64,000 nucleotides of DNA from Lama glama (taxonomy: Eukaryota), in assembly GCA_028534125.1 (NCBI GenBank), contig CM052816.1:40488001-40552000 (forward strand), in the 5' to 3' direction. The position numbers were made by a program, and so were the translations under genes. Shown piece by piece: positions 27,523 to 41,451 of the stretch. The notes under the pieces are model-generated. The model worked only from the letters and a program-made list of their open reading frames with translations, made no database searches and was not told where the DNA came from. Position 1 is the stretch's first letter. Each line of letters starts with the position of its first letter.

Positions 27523-27568
<46 letters not shown>
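27523..27568. repeat. Perfect (GT)23 microsatellite
   Basis: Seen directly. Confidence 0.97.
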
Positions 27569-27569
<1 letters not shown>

Positions 27570-27598
27570 TGGTTGTCCCTATCCCATCTATCTCTATA

Positions 27599-29950
27599 CA
27601 GGCATACCTCAGAGATATTACCAGTTCAGTTCCAGACCGCCACAAAATATATAGCACAATAAAGCAAGTCACACAATTTTTTTGATTTCCCAATGCATAA
27701 AAAAAGTTATTTTTGCACTATCTTGTAGTGTATTAAGTGTGCTATAGCAATATGTCTAAAAAACAACATATGTACCTTAATTAAAAAATACTTTATTTCT
27801 ATAAAATGCTGACCATCCTCTGAGCTTCAGCAAGTTGTAATCTTTTTGCTGGTAGAGAGTCTTCCCTAATGTTGATTGCTTATGACTGATCAGGGTGGTA
27901 GTTGCTGAAGGTTGGGTGGCTGTGGCAATTTTTTAAAACAAGACAACAGTGAAGTTTGCTATGCTGATTGTCTTCCTTTCACGAACAATTTCTCTGTAGC
28001 ATGCAATGCTGTTTGATAGCATTTTATCCACAGTAGTTCTTTCAAAATTGAAGTCAGTTCTCTTAAACCCTGACACTGCTTTAGCAACTAAGTTTATGTA
28101 ATATTCTAAATCCTTATGTCATTTCAGCACCTTCACCAGGTGTAGATTTCATCTCAAGAAACTACTTTCTTTGTTCTCCTTATCTGTTAAAATTTTATCA
28201 TGAGATTGCAGCAATTCAGTCACATCTTCAAGCTCCACTTCTATTTCTCTTGTTATTTCCAACACAAATGCAGTTATTTTCTCCACTGAAGTCTTGAACC
28301 TCTCAGAGTCATCCATGAGGACTGGAATCAACTTCTGCCAAACTTCTGTTAATGTTGATATTTTGACCTCTTCTCATGAATCACAAATGTTTTTAATGGC
28401 ATCTAGAAAGATGAGTACTTTCTAGGTTTTCAATTGACTTTGCCTAGATCCATCAGAGGAGTCACTATCTATAGCAACGATAGCCCTACAAAATGTATTT
28501 CTTAGAGATTTGAAATTTGCAATTCCTCATTGATCCATGGGCTGCAGAATGGATGTTGTGAGAGCAGGCATGAAAACAACATGAATCTCCTTGCAGGTCT
28601 CCATCAGAACTCTTGGGTGACTAGATGCATTGTCGATGAGCAGTAATATTTTGAAAGGAAATTTTTTGTCTGAGCAGTAGTTCTCAACAATAGGCTTAAA
28701 ATATTCAGTGAGCCACGTTGTAAACAGATGAGTTGTCATCCAGTCTTTGTTGTTCTTTTTGTGCAGCGCAGGCCCAGTAGATTTAGCGTAATTCCTCAGG
28801 GCCCTCGGATTTTCAGAATGATAAATGTGCATTGGCTTCAATTTTAAGTCTTGGGCTACCTTGCCCTTATCAAGAGAGTCAGCCTGTCCTTTGAAGCTTT
28901 GAAGCCAGGCATTGACTTCTCTCTAGCTGTGGAAGTCCCAGATGTCATCTTCCAATATAAGCCTGTTTTGTCAACATTGTAAATCTCTTGCTTAGTGTAG
29001 CTACCTACATTCATCATCTTAGGTAGATCTTCTAGATAACCTGCTGCAGCTTCTACAGCAGCACTGGCTGCCTCACCTTGTACTTTTATGTTATAGAGGT
29101 GACTTCTTTCCTTCAACCCCATGAACCAACCTCTGCTAGCTTCAAAGTTTCTTCTGCAGCTTCCTCACCTCTCTCAGCCTTCATAGAATTAGAGAGAGTT
29201 AAGACCTTGCTGTGGATTAGGCTTTGGCTGCAGGGATTATTGTGGCTGGTTTGATATTCTTTCCTGACCACTAAAACTTTCTCCATATCAACAATAAGGC
29301 TTTTCACTCTCTGATCACTTGTATGTTCACTGGAGTAGCACTTTTAATTTCATTTAAGAACTTTTCCTTTGTATTCACAACTTGACTAACTGTTTGGCAT
29401 AACAGGCCTGGCTTTCAGCCTGTCTCCACTTTCAGTATGCCTTTCTCACTAGGCTTTATCGTTTCTAGCTTTGGACTTAAAATGAGATAAGTATGACTTT
29501 TCCTTTCACTTGAATGCTTAGAGGCATTTGTAGGATTAATAATTTGACTAATTTCAATACTGTGTGCCCGGGGATAGGAGGCCTTCGGAGAGGGAGAGAG
29601 TCGGGGAAACTAACTACTTGTTAGTGGAGCAATCGGAACACACACAGCATTTATTGATTAAGCTTGCCATTTCTATAAGTGCGATTGGTGATGCCCCAAA
29701 ACAATTGTAATAGTACCATCAGCTCACTGACCACAGTTCTTCATAACAAGTATAATAATAATGAAAATATTAGAAATATTGTGGATAATTTTCAAAATGT
29801 GAGATAGAGACTCTAAGTGGGGCATGAGCTATTAGAAAAGTAGTGTCAACAGTCTTGCTCAACACAAGTTTGCCACAAAGCTTCAATTTGTAAAAAAGCG
29901 AATGTCTGCAAACTGCAATGAAGAAAGCACAGTGAAATGAGGTATGCCTA
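27599..29950 (-). mobile_element. Near full-length Tigger1 (TcMar-Tigger/pogo) DNA transposon with disrupted transposase
   Basis: TIRs caggcatacctc... and ...gaggtatgcct(a), with TA on both flanks (27597-8, 29951-2); 2352 bp. Minus-strand ORF pieces 29113-29307, 28856-29122 ([12 protein letters not shown]), 28527-28841 ([13 protein letters not shown]...[15 protein letters not shown]) and 28149-28331. Confidence 0.96.
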
Positions 29951-30559
29951 TATCTGCATTTATTTATCTCTTTGTAGTTTTTTTCAACCCAGTTATTTAA
30001 CATAAATTCTTAAAGATGAGCAGAATATGTAAATATACAAATTCTTAAAGATGAGCAGATCAGGGGCTCAAAATCCTTTGCTTAACGTATTTGTTTAAAT
30101 TAAAAATGTTATTAGGAGTCATTAATTTGAAAACATAATTGAAATATTTGGTAAGTGAGTACCAATTCATTCTGTCAGTAGTTTGACAAAATATAGGTCT
30201 TACTCCATATCAATCTTATTATTTAAGTTTTATTGAAAATTCACAACTAATGTTAATTATTTATTTGGATACTTAAATTATTTCAAAATTGTGTGCCTTT
30301 GTTTATTCAGTGGAGAGTCTCTTTTTCTATTACTTTTCCTACAGTGCATTTCCTTGCAAAGTTTCACTGTAGGCAAAATTGCAGAAGGCATGACAAATAC
30401 CCTCTTTCATCATCATCAACCAGTCAACAAGAAACCCTGCCTTAGATCCTTTTACTCATTTGATTAACTTGTTCAATTTTCCCTTTAACTTGTTCAATTT
30501 TCCGTTAGTTATAAAACATCAATCCTTTCTTCCTACATCATTTTTTCTCAGGTGAATAT

Positions 30560-31700
30560 GTTTTTCCTCCCCTTAAAGGCCAGGTTTCTTCAAAGAGGAC
30601 AGTTATTGTCTCCACTTTCTCAACTTCTGTTTCCTCCTAATTTATCATCCAGCTTTTATATTCCCAGCAGTAAGATTTTTCACCATCTCAATCTAAATAC
30701 TTTATAAACTCCACAAAGTCCTGCATATCCAGTGGAACTTTTCTCTTTTGTTCATTTATTCCTACTGACTGTTACTTTTCTTTGTAACTTATTTTGAAAT
30801 TACACTCTCCTCCCTTCATCTGTCTTTTCCTGGAGCCATTTTTGTTCCTCAAATCTTAAAATTCAGTTTCTATTTCCCAGACCTCTTTTCTCAGCTTTCT
30901 TCTGTTTTCTTTTTGTTTTATACTATCTCCTTGAAAAAACATGCACATCATTCTTTTCAGCTATATTGAAACTAGTGGAAACAAATAAACTGTTTTATCT
31001 TTACCCCCAATATAATTTACCTTAAATCTACCCTGATTGCTTTTATAGCACCGAGGTTGTTAACTAAGTCTTACTTTAGGTTCCTTCTCCCATCCAATCT
31101 GCAAATTAAGCTTTCCTGTTTTTTAATAAGAACTGCTAAGATATATTACCTGCAAATATTCATTATATTTCATTTAGATCCTATGATCTCCTAACTAGTC
31201 CCTTTGCCTCCAAACTTGAATCTCACTTTCCAGTTCTCTAAAAAGCAATTCTTATTACACTAGCTTTGTTAAAAATCTTATAATGTTCCCTCTAATCTTG
31301 AACATAAAAATAATAAATTCCTCAGCCTAACAGTGAGGAGCACTTATGATTTAATTACTTTTTCATTCTCATCTCCTTTTGTATCCTCCATTCAATACTC
31401 TGCTCAAGAAAGAAAAAACTACATGCACTCTCCTCAATTTGTTGTTTCTAGCGTCTACTTTTAAAAAATACATTGTTCATTCTTTTTGAAATGCCAGAAT
31501 TTCTAATGCACTCCAATAAAATCCAATGTGTCCCTCAAAAAAAAAAAAAAAAGGAAAAAGAAAAAAGTCACCCTTTCCTTGGTTAAATCTTCCCTAACGT
31601 CTTTACATGGATTTAATAATTTCTTCCTTTGTATGCCACTAAATTTTATTCTCATTTTGTTGATGTAAGCATGGCACTCTGTTGCTTCCTAAAGTAGCTG
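30560..31700 (+). mobile_element. Decayed L2 LINE
   Basis: CT-rich, with L2-like motifs 'atctcctaactagtccctttgcctcc' and 'aaaatcttataatgttccctc...aaattcctcagcct'. Confidence 0.55.
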
Positions 31701-31759
31701 ATACAGGACACAGTCTTATTAAGATTACTGTCTCTGTATGAGTTACACTAAGTTTTTGT

Positions 31760-31966
31760 CAAGGAATGCCAAAGATTACCAATAAACCACTAGAAGCTGG
31801 GGACAGGCGATACAACACATTTTCCTTACCAGCCTCAGAGGGAACAAGCCATGAAAACACTTTAGACTTGGACTTGAGCATCTAGAACTCTGAGCCAATC
31901 AATTTCTGTTGTTTAAGCCATTCAATTTGTGGTACTTTGTTAAGGCAGCCCTAGCAAACAAATATA
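31760..31966 (+). mobile_element. MLT1B/C-like LTR, 3' half
   Basis: 'caaggaatgccaaagattacc...cactagaagctgg...tttctgttgtttaagccattcaatttgtggtactttgttaaggcagccctagcaaac'. Confidence 0.85.
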
Positions 31967-34200
31967 AAAGTCAATAGCCTTATATACAAAACAAAACCAG
32001 GTAAGGGGTAAAGAGATTCTCATTAACAATCGCAATACGATGATTAAATAATGTAGGAATAAACTAAGAAGGAATTTTCAAAACATTTATGAAGACAATT
32101 TTAAAATACACCTCAAAACCACAAAAATAGATTGAGAAAATGGGAAGGTATTCTTGGTTCATAGACAAGTCAATATTGTAAAGATATTAGTTCTCCCTAA
32201 ATTAGCTTATAAATTAAACACAATCCTGAAAAATATGTCAAATTTGTCTTTGTAGAGATGGACAAATTGATAGTAAATTTCATATAAAAAAAAAACTCAT
32301 GAAAGAATAGATAGGAAAGCTGTGAAAAAGAAAAGCTATGAGAAATGAACTAGACCTACCAGATGTTGGACCATACTATAAAGGCTCTATAATTGAAAGC
32401 TAAGAAGTGGTATATAGAGATAAAATAAATTATTGAATTTAAATAAAAAGCCCAGAAATAGAAAAAGTTAAACCATACAGGTACAACAGTGATTGTGATA
32501 AGTTTCTCTTCAACATTAGTGTAGGAAAGGTACTTTGAGCTGTCACTCAATATTCAAGGACGATAAAATAAATGATTCATATATTTTACTATGTTAAACA
32601 AGTTGTGTTGCAAATAATATCAAAAGAAAAAGCTAAAGACAACTGACAAATGGGAGAAAATAATTAGAATATGAGCTGTAAAATTTTCATGTCTCTGGTA
32701 TATAATAAAGTCTTAAAAACTTGAAGACATAGGAAGAGAATCCAAGAAGAAAAATGGGGAAAAAGACATCAAGAGGAAATTCATATATACACAGAAAAAA
32801 GATGTAGAAATTGGTCTTAAAAGGAAAAATCTCAAATTCCTTCCACTGTCAGATTGGTAAAAATATTGAAGTATGGCAGTTATGAGGTTACAGCGAAACA
32901 GGCGTATTCACACGTGGCTGGTGGGAATGCAACTTGGCATACCTCTTCTAGGGGGAATTTGGTAATACTCAACAAACTATATATGCTCTTACCTAAAGAA
33001 TCTATATATGCAGTCCCACTTGCATAGCAGTTATTAGTAGAACCATGGTCATCTTTCACATACCCCCGGCCTCTATATATAAATAATTAAAATCAACAAG
33101 AAGGAATAAAGGATTGACCTGGGATGGAATACACACACAGTAACAAGGAAACCTAGTTGTTGTGAATAACAAGACATAGTGAAGAAGGTTAGGAAGAAAA
33201 GAACTAACCCATGTAATTTCAGAAAAGAGTATTTTAACTGTATATTTTAAGACTTAAGATTAAACAAAATATATACGGATATTTTACTCTAGTTAATAAA
33301 TTTATTTCTTACTGAAGAATTTGTGATTCTGAAACACCTTGTGTGAACTACATTTTTACTTATGTGTACTACTACAGTAAGTAAATAGATTGTGTATGAT
33401 AGCCAGGTTTTATACTATCAGAGAAAAAAAATTGCAAACAAGGAAAGGAGGAAGGCTAGAATGATCCCTGTGGTGATAGATTGGAATGAGAGTTATCAAT
33501 GTGATTATACACACACACACACACACACAGACACACATACACAGACACACACACACACACATACTCACACACACAAATTGATAGATGTAAAAATATATAG
33601 ATGTACATGTTCATATATATAGGACTTAGTGTCTAGTGGCAGTGAGCACAACTATTGTCCTAACCTTGGTTTCTAAATAGTATTTTCCAATTAAAAAAAA
33701 AAAATCAAGGCTCTTTGGAAAAATCTTTCATTTCAGGGTGAAGTTAGGAAAAATTACAAGGTGAGCCTCAAACATCAGGATGTTAATTAATGAAGTGCTC
33801 AAAAATGTCATGTACCTGTGGGAAAAAAGACACTAGCACCAACATGAAGATCTCAATGACCAAATCTGGGACAATTTGAACAAGAAAATAAATAACGATA
33901 TTCATTTATCAATAGTTTCTGATAAATTATGCATATGCAAATTATGGATAAACTGTGAGCTGATATATTCATTCGTGATTCTCCTTATAAAAATGAATAA
34001 TTGAAAAAAATAATTAAATGGAGGAGAAGAGCAGCTCTTTCTTGAAGTAGAATGTAGAGAAGGGACAATGGAAACAGAAAACTGCCCTTAGCCAAATAGT
34101 TGAGAAATAAATATTGCAGATAGGATCACTGATGATGCTAAAATTAGCAGATGAAGGTATGATCTGAAACAGATTATTTGCATATTTTTGTATTCAAGGA
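31967..34200 (+). mobile_element. Old L1 (L1MC-like) ORF2 3' region and 3' UTR
   Basis: 'caatattgtaaagatattagttctccctaaatt', 'ggctggtgggaatgcaacttggcatacctcttctag', and L1MC-type UTR 'ggaaaggaggaaggctagaatgatccctgtggtg'. Confidence 0.75.
33508..33575. repeat. Imperfect (AC)n microsatellite within L1
   Basis: Seen directly. Confidence 0.9.
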
Positions 34201-37200
34201 CACTGAAAAGTTTGTTGAGGAAAGAATGAACAAGGCTTAAATTTAAGTAGATGATAGTTAAATGATTGTGGGGAGAATGTTTGATCAGTGATATGATACT
34301 GTACTAGTATAATTAAACATGAATATTTGGAAATCTTGAAGTAGATGAACAGAAACCCTGCTGTGGAAATATTGGTTGAAGATTGTGTGTGCCAAAGGGT
34401 GAAAAAAACTATAGTCTGTTGGATGACTGACCCTAGGTTTCTTAGTCAACAATTTTGTGATGGATTGTGAAATGATGAATACTAGAAAATTATAAAATCA
34501 AACTTTTAACCTCTGATTTACTATTTTTCATTTGACAGTCTTTGACTATTTGGTTCCAGTTTTCTGTGAAATATATTTTTGTAAGACGTATCTTTCTATC
34601 ACCTCAATTTTTTAAGCATTGCAAATGAAAAAAATGTATACAGGCAGTTGATCTCCCTTTCATCAAAACTATCTGAAAGATAAATGCATTGGAATAAAAT
34701 TAATTAAGCCTATATGAGGGTTAAAACACACAGTAAATCTTTCTTTAGGTTATATGTAGATACATATTTAAGAAAGAAAAAGAATTAAAAATGGATATAA
34801 TGAATTTATCTCATCCTCTCTGAACAAGTAAAGTGAATTGACCATAGGGAATTTGTTTAAAAGGATGTATTTCATTTGTTTCCACAAAAAATACTAATCA
34901 ATGATTTAAGCCCAAAGTAAGTTCTGTTTTAATATAGGGCAGCTCATGTAGTATGAAAATGATATATCAGGAGACTTAAAAGAATAAGCCATGTATAAAA
35001 GATTGTAGATATTGAAATATTTAACCCAGTTTCCAGAAGGGAAGTCTAATGCTTTGAAACCTTACTGAGTATATAACTAGTAAAGAAAACCCAAAAAACA
35101 AAAAACTTATGGAATTAAACTACAAGTTCTACTAGAAGGGAGTGAAAATAAAAAGAAATATTAACTAAACAAATAAATATAAAGTTGACTGAACTAAAAT
35201 GGCATTGAATAAATTAATCAATAGTTACAAAACAAGGCTGTATGTGACATTTTTCTTTTATCTAGAATATTTCTATTTCATATAAATTATTAGATTTACT
35301 TCATAAATTATCTCACTGTATGCAGTGTCTCTTGTCAACCTTCTCCACAAAAATAAGCCAAACCACATAGCATTTGATGCTATGACTTCCCTACTGAAAA
35401 ACTGGTAAAGCCTCATCTTGTACTGCAGAGGTTCAGCAAAAAGGTTTCTATTCTTAGCTTAAATACATTGTTCAGAGACCATGTTGGCTCAGTGTGAAAG
35501 TGTGCTTTGATCAGTGACAAAATAATTAAGCCTGCTTGGTTTATCTGAGAAGGAGGTGATAGTATCAGTGCAAGTACATACTGCCTGTGTCCCTCATGCA
35601 TGGACTTTAGCTCCCTCCCAAGGAAAGCCTCTCTCATTTGGACTAGACCCTGTTGAACATTCAGGCTTCATCTCTAGGAATGCCCTGTCTGGAACTCTAT
35701 CGCTTGGGGTGCCCCTTGCCCATCCTGCTGCGTACTGTGGCTTGTGAGCCTCATTCAGTGTCACATAGCCTTGTCACAAGTACCCTCCCCCATCTTTCTT
35801 TCACTTCAGCCTCGTCATTCCCAGCAAACTTGCCTGCCCAGCTAACTCAACTTCTTTTTTAATCACGACTTAGAACTCCTGTTTGTATTTATTTAACTAA
35901 CAGAGTTCCCATTGTATGCTAAATACTATGCTGGAGCCTGGAGGTAAAGCTGTTAAAAATACTTTGTTACAGCCCTAAACGACCTCCTTGCAATCTAGAA
36001 ATAATAAACTTATACAAGTAATTATACATTTATACTTGAGGTAGGTTTTATTAATGAGAAAAGATCCTATAAAAACAACCTGAGACCTTCCAGGGTATCC
36101 TCAGAGTCCCTTTTCTATGCTTAACATATTTCTCTGTTTTCTCACTGTGATTTAATCTTTCGGAGGCAGGTCTAAAGTACTGCGGACAATGTTTCATCCC
36201 TAGCAGATGTTTAATAAATATCTGTTTAACTTAAATATGTGAAATGATCATGCATAAATCATCAATAAATCGACTTCCTTGGTATCTTGTTAATAAACAT
36301 ATTTATGCTTCAAAAATTTATTTGCAGATGATACATTCATTTTCACTTGAGTGAATTTTCTGAGACTCGGGTGGAAAAAAATTGCCACTTCTACCATGTG
36401 CTATTTTCCCCTGAAGTGAAACTTTCTATCCAAGACTGGCTTACACAGTTCTCAACATGGGGACACCTGGAGCATTTTAGAAAAAAACAAACATGTCAGG
36501 ACATAGCAGTATCTGGAATAGTTTTTAAAAATTATTTAAATGTGATTTTGTTTATTGCCTGAGGCATTAGAGCCAAATATCTAATGAACATGAATGAATG
36601 TTGAATCTCTATTGAAGTTTCTTCCGTATTTCATTAGAAGATATCACAAAATAGGCTCCACTATAATTACAAAGTCTTTTCAGGGTTGTCACTGGCTGTC
36701 ATCTGTTTACTAACAGAAAGTAAGGATCACTGTATACATTTCTGTAAAAAATCCATCCTAACCTCTACCATGCTTGAGTTCACTAAAGCATGTAGGCAAC
36801 TCAGCAAGAGAGAGGAGTGAAATCAATTCAGCTTATTAACATGATGCAGAATATGATCAAATATTTGCCTGATGTTTACTTGGTTCTTGCTTCTGTCTCT
36901 GTTTTGAAAGAGGCCTCAGACCAGGAGGTAAATGTTGTCCCTCAAATTAGAGTGTTAGTCAGAAACGACACATACAGTAGTTGGCACATTTCCCACAGTT
37001 GTAGGATTGATTTTCCATGGTGTTTTCATTTCCTTGTAAAATTGAACACTTATCGCACACCAAAACTTGGTACTGCTAACAATACAAACCCTAACATTGA
37101 TGCAAAATGTAAACTATTTAAGTTAGCTACAATTTTTTTAAAGTGTATTGAGTATTAGGTGAAATTGTTATATGATAAGTTTAGTATATCCTGGTTATAT

Positions 37201-38278
37201 GTGGCAGATAATATATTCAGGTACTATATTGACATTTATTACAATCATTAGATTAAAAAGAGCAAACAAACCAAGCATATATAAGAACAAATATACTGGG
37301 AGAAAATCTGTTGACATGATGCTAATTTTTATGTAGTTGTTTGACATTAATTTTTCACTCTGATATATATATTGGCCTTCTAAAACGATTAATGCAACTT
37401 TCATAATATTTTGAGACAATCTTGATTTTCTAATTACAATGAAGATTTTATTTGAATCTGATTAGTAGAAGTCACTTTTAAAAATTAATTTTTAACAACA
37501 TTTCCAGTAAGTTCTCTTAAAATGATTCATACACACCTGTGGAAAACGTGTATCTCTTCTGACCCTACCTTGAGTCTTCATGCCCTAGGTTTCACCTAAA
37601 CTCAGTATATCTCAGATAAAAAACCTGAGCCTTGCATTTTTGTTCTCATTTTCCTAATGAATTTTTTTCTTTAATTTGCTGTAAATCATGATATTTGGTC
37701 AGTTTTCTCACTGACATTCTATTTGATGGACTCATTAAAATCTAACTTCTCTTTCATTGCTTCATAAGTATAAACTTAGTGAAAATAAATAAGTAAATCA
37801 AATATCAATTGAATGCTTGATATGTTCTAGTCACTTACATAGTTACGGGGATCCAGTCAGGGAAATTATAGAGGCATAAGATGACATCGTTCTTCTCTAG
37901 GAGATCATTTTTGCAGATATATTGCATTCTGCATTGTAAACATGTGCAGCTCACATCATAGTCCTTCTATCAGTGTCATTCAATAAGAAGTATATATCAA
38001 AATTTCCTCTAGGGTTGTTTAAAAGTATGAATTCTTGACAGTCTAGTTCAGATATACATAATCATAATTTCTGGGGAAGAATTCTGACCATACTTAAGTT
38101 AAGGACCACTAATTTTTATTGTGGATCCATTTATAATCTTACTTCTGTATATTTTTACATATATATTTTCTATAGATTAATTTAAGCTTTGATTATGGAC
38201 TGTAGTACAACATTTATATTTTGGAACTAAAGTAGGTGGTATTAATTGCTGTCAAATTGTTTCATGTGTATTACAGTC

Positions 38279-38338
38279 CATTCTCCACTTGGCCCAGCCC
38301 ATTACTGAGTTAAATGTTTCTTAATGAAGAATGCTGCC
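38279..38338 (+). repeat. Copy 1 of a 60-bp dispersed direct repeat
   Basis: cattctccacttggcccagcccattactgagttaaatgtttcttaatgaagaatgctgcc; 58/60 identical to 39805-39864. Confidence 0.95.
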
Positions 38339-39379
38339 CATCTAGACTACTGGTATACTTGTAGGGGAGAACATAGTTTATACTACTGAAATATGTAACA
38401 AAAGTTTCAATTATATTTTCTCTTGATAGTATTTCTTGATTGATTGATGCACTTTTTTTAATAATGAACTATATTCAGACTTCCACTTAACTGTCCAATT
38501 TATTTCACAAAGTGGCACTGTTACAAGTAGAGATTAGAGCTCCAGAGAGCAAGAGCATACTGCCTCGGTAATTAATGGGATTCTGGGCAAATTTTCAAAG
38601 GGAAGAGAGTCATAGTTTTGGATCATCACTCTTAGAATATTTTCATAGTTGATAGCTAGAGTATTTGGAGATCTGGCCTTGAGGAAACAATACTATGGTT
38701 CTGTCACTGTGGTTTAAATATATAAATGATAAAAGGCTGTTTTTGATACCAGTGGGACAGAATAAATAAATCCAAGCTCTAAAGTGTTTTTCAGGTTTTG
38801 AAGAGTTCTCTTTCCATAAATGATCAGGCAGGCAAGTCTGCCCCAGAAATGTTTGTGGATCCTCATTCCTTTGTGGTTACTATTACAAAGTCACTTTCAA
38901 TAACAAACAACACAATATTAAGCTCAAGTATTTAATAGTAAATCACAGGCCAGAGCTTGTTAAGTGCTGTGTGTGCACTGTCACATTTAATTCTGACAAT
39001 ATGTGGTAGGCACTGTTATAACTTTTATATTGAGTGTTTGTTCATATGTAATATTGAGATGAATTTTATAAATCTCATAAATTGTAGATTCTCTGGACTC
39101 ATTCAGTAAGCATTCATTGGGCCCTTTTATGCATAATATACAGAAATAGTGATTATAAGCACTTGAGGCAACCTGAAATATGTTCAATACCTTTATCTCA
39201 CGAATCAGCCATGTTTTATGAACCGTGTTCATAAAAAAGCATCATTGCGGTATCTGTTGGTAAATGTGGCTCACTGTCTTTGCTTCAGTCATTTGGGATA
39301 ACAATGAGAATTCAGAATTGATATGAAAAGTGAATGTAAGGATAAGTCAATATAAAAATTTGCAGATTAAATGATAGAT

Positions 39380-39540
39380 TGTATAAATCTTCATCAGAAT
39401 AATCTGGGTGGGGTCATTGGAGAAACTGGGTGGGGATTTAGGTAAAACAGTGTTGGCCATGACTTATTAGTTGTTGAAGTTGGATACTTAGTGTATTTAT
39501 ATAATTTTATATAATAAAACATTAAAAATTATAAAAAGAT
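39380..39540 (+). mobile_element. Old L1 3' terminal fragment
   Basis: 'ttggccatgacttattagttgttgaagttggat...ataataaaacattaaaaa'. Confidence 0.5.
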
Positions 39541-39804
39541 AGATCAATGTGCATTTTAAAACTGATGCGTTCACAAGTGATAAATAGTTGTTTCGTCCTA
39601 ATATTGTAGTTCAATTCAGCTAGTGCATGAATTTCTCTTCCTCAACCAAGATGCAATTAGTATCCATGAAATGGTATAATTTTCCATTTGCCTTTGCCCA
39701 CCTATAATAATTATGGCTAACGGCTATCTAAATTATTCATTTTATATGGTGAACAAGTGATTATTCTTAAAACAGATCCTGTGCTCTTTTAAATTGCTTG
39801 TCTT

Positions 39805-39864
39805 CATTCTCCACTTGGCCCAGACCATTACTGAGTTAAATGTTTCTTAATGAAGAATACTGCC
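39805..39864 (+). repeat. Copy 2 of the 60-bp dispersed direct repeat
   Basis: cattctccacttggcccagaccattactgagttaaatgtttcttaatgaagaatactgcc. Confidence 0.95.
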
Positions 39865-41451
39865 TCACTGAACTTTGCTTTATCTGCAAATCAGAGGAAT
39901 GATTTGAAATTCCTAAAGTCAAGAACTGCATCTCAAAATGAGATGGTAAAATGCTAAAATTTTGTGTCTCTTCAGTGGCCTTTTTCTAAAATGCTTTTTT
40001 GTTTCTTTAGAAGCAATATATTCTCAGAGGATATATTTGAAATATAAAAGCTGGATACGTTGTGTGTGCTGATTATTCTAGGAAGTTGGTTTTATCAATT
40101 AAGACATAAACAGGATTTATAAAATGAATAGAAACATGCCATTTGAGGGGAGAGGAGCAAAAAGAAGGCTTAGCATAGTGTTTGTGGTTCCTCTCACCAC
40201 CTCCCCCAGCACTGCCTGCAGAGGAGGAGCTACTGATAAAATTGCTTGATAGGGTTATACTTGTTAGAAGGTGAGATGGCTGTGGTAAAGATTCTATTCT
40301 TTTTTATTTTCCACTTCCTTTGTGTACCATCCACTTTGGTTAACGTTTGCTGAGGTTGGCTGTCCATATCTGATAATCTCACTTGCCTTATTGCTTTGAT
40401 TCCCTTTAAGAAGGCAGATGAAGAACATAAAGCCAAAGTTTAAGAAACATGGAAAGTAAAGAGTTTCCAGTAAACTAGGTACTGTATCACAGCTTTTATC
40501 AGACCCTGTATCATAGTGTGGGTTTAGTGTATATACTAATAGCTTAGAATTTTGATTTGGATATTGTTTCTTTTGTGTATCCCTTTCTTCATGGGGGTTT
40601 GTGTGTGTCTGTGTGTGTATATATGTTCAAGTGTGGGTCATCAAAGTTGATTGCTGAGATGTTCCAGGCATCCTGGGTCAAAATAACGTAAAACTGCCAT
40701 CAGAAAACCCTTAATTCTACAGACTGTATATGCACACTTAGCAATGACATTATTTTAACAACATGTTATTTTTTGTTACATTGGCTGAAGACTTCGTTTG
40801 TTTTATGAAATTATTTCTGTGAGCAAATAATTATTTTTAAGCTTGTGGGCCTGATTTCTATGACTATGTAAACAGTTGGTGCAAATATACCAAATTCAGA
40901 CATGAAAGTTACCAAATCTAGAAACGTTTACTTTTATTTCACCTGTGTTTGCTTGAGCTTCTGGTTGACACAGCACGTCTCTAAGAGATGGAAGTTCCTT
41001 CTCCTCCTTTGCTGCCTCCAGGTGCCAGGAATTGATTTTGTAACCAGCAGGAGCATCATACCCAGCTGGGTCTTTTTTCATTTTTGCCTTTCCCTTGACT
41101 TTACCTTATAGTTAGCCAGAAAACAATCACATAACCCCAACAGTGTCAAATTGTAGTATTCTAAATGTCTCAGCTGTGCACCTCCAAACTTCCAAAACCT
41201 CTTGACTGTTTTTATGATCAAGGACCCATCCATATATGCCTAATCAGGTGCCTTCATACAGAGACACTCATTTAGCTAAATTATTATGTATTGTAATCAA
41301 AAAGTAATTATTTTAATACAAAATTTGCCACTATAGTGATAAAATAAATATTCATGTAGTATTTAAATGTGAAGTGAAATTAAACAAACATGTAGACACA
41401 ATCTATTATAACTAATGAATGTAGTGATATAGCATTCTCTGAGTTTAAAAA

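Noticed and set aside
28527..29307. Transposase-like ORFs read as a domesticated TIGD/CENPB-type gene
   Set aside because: They are broken by stops and frameshifts and enclosed by Tigger1 TIRs and TA TSDs.
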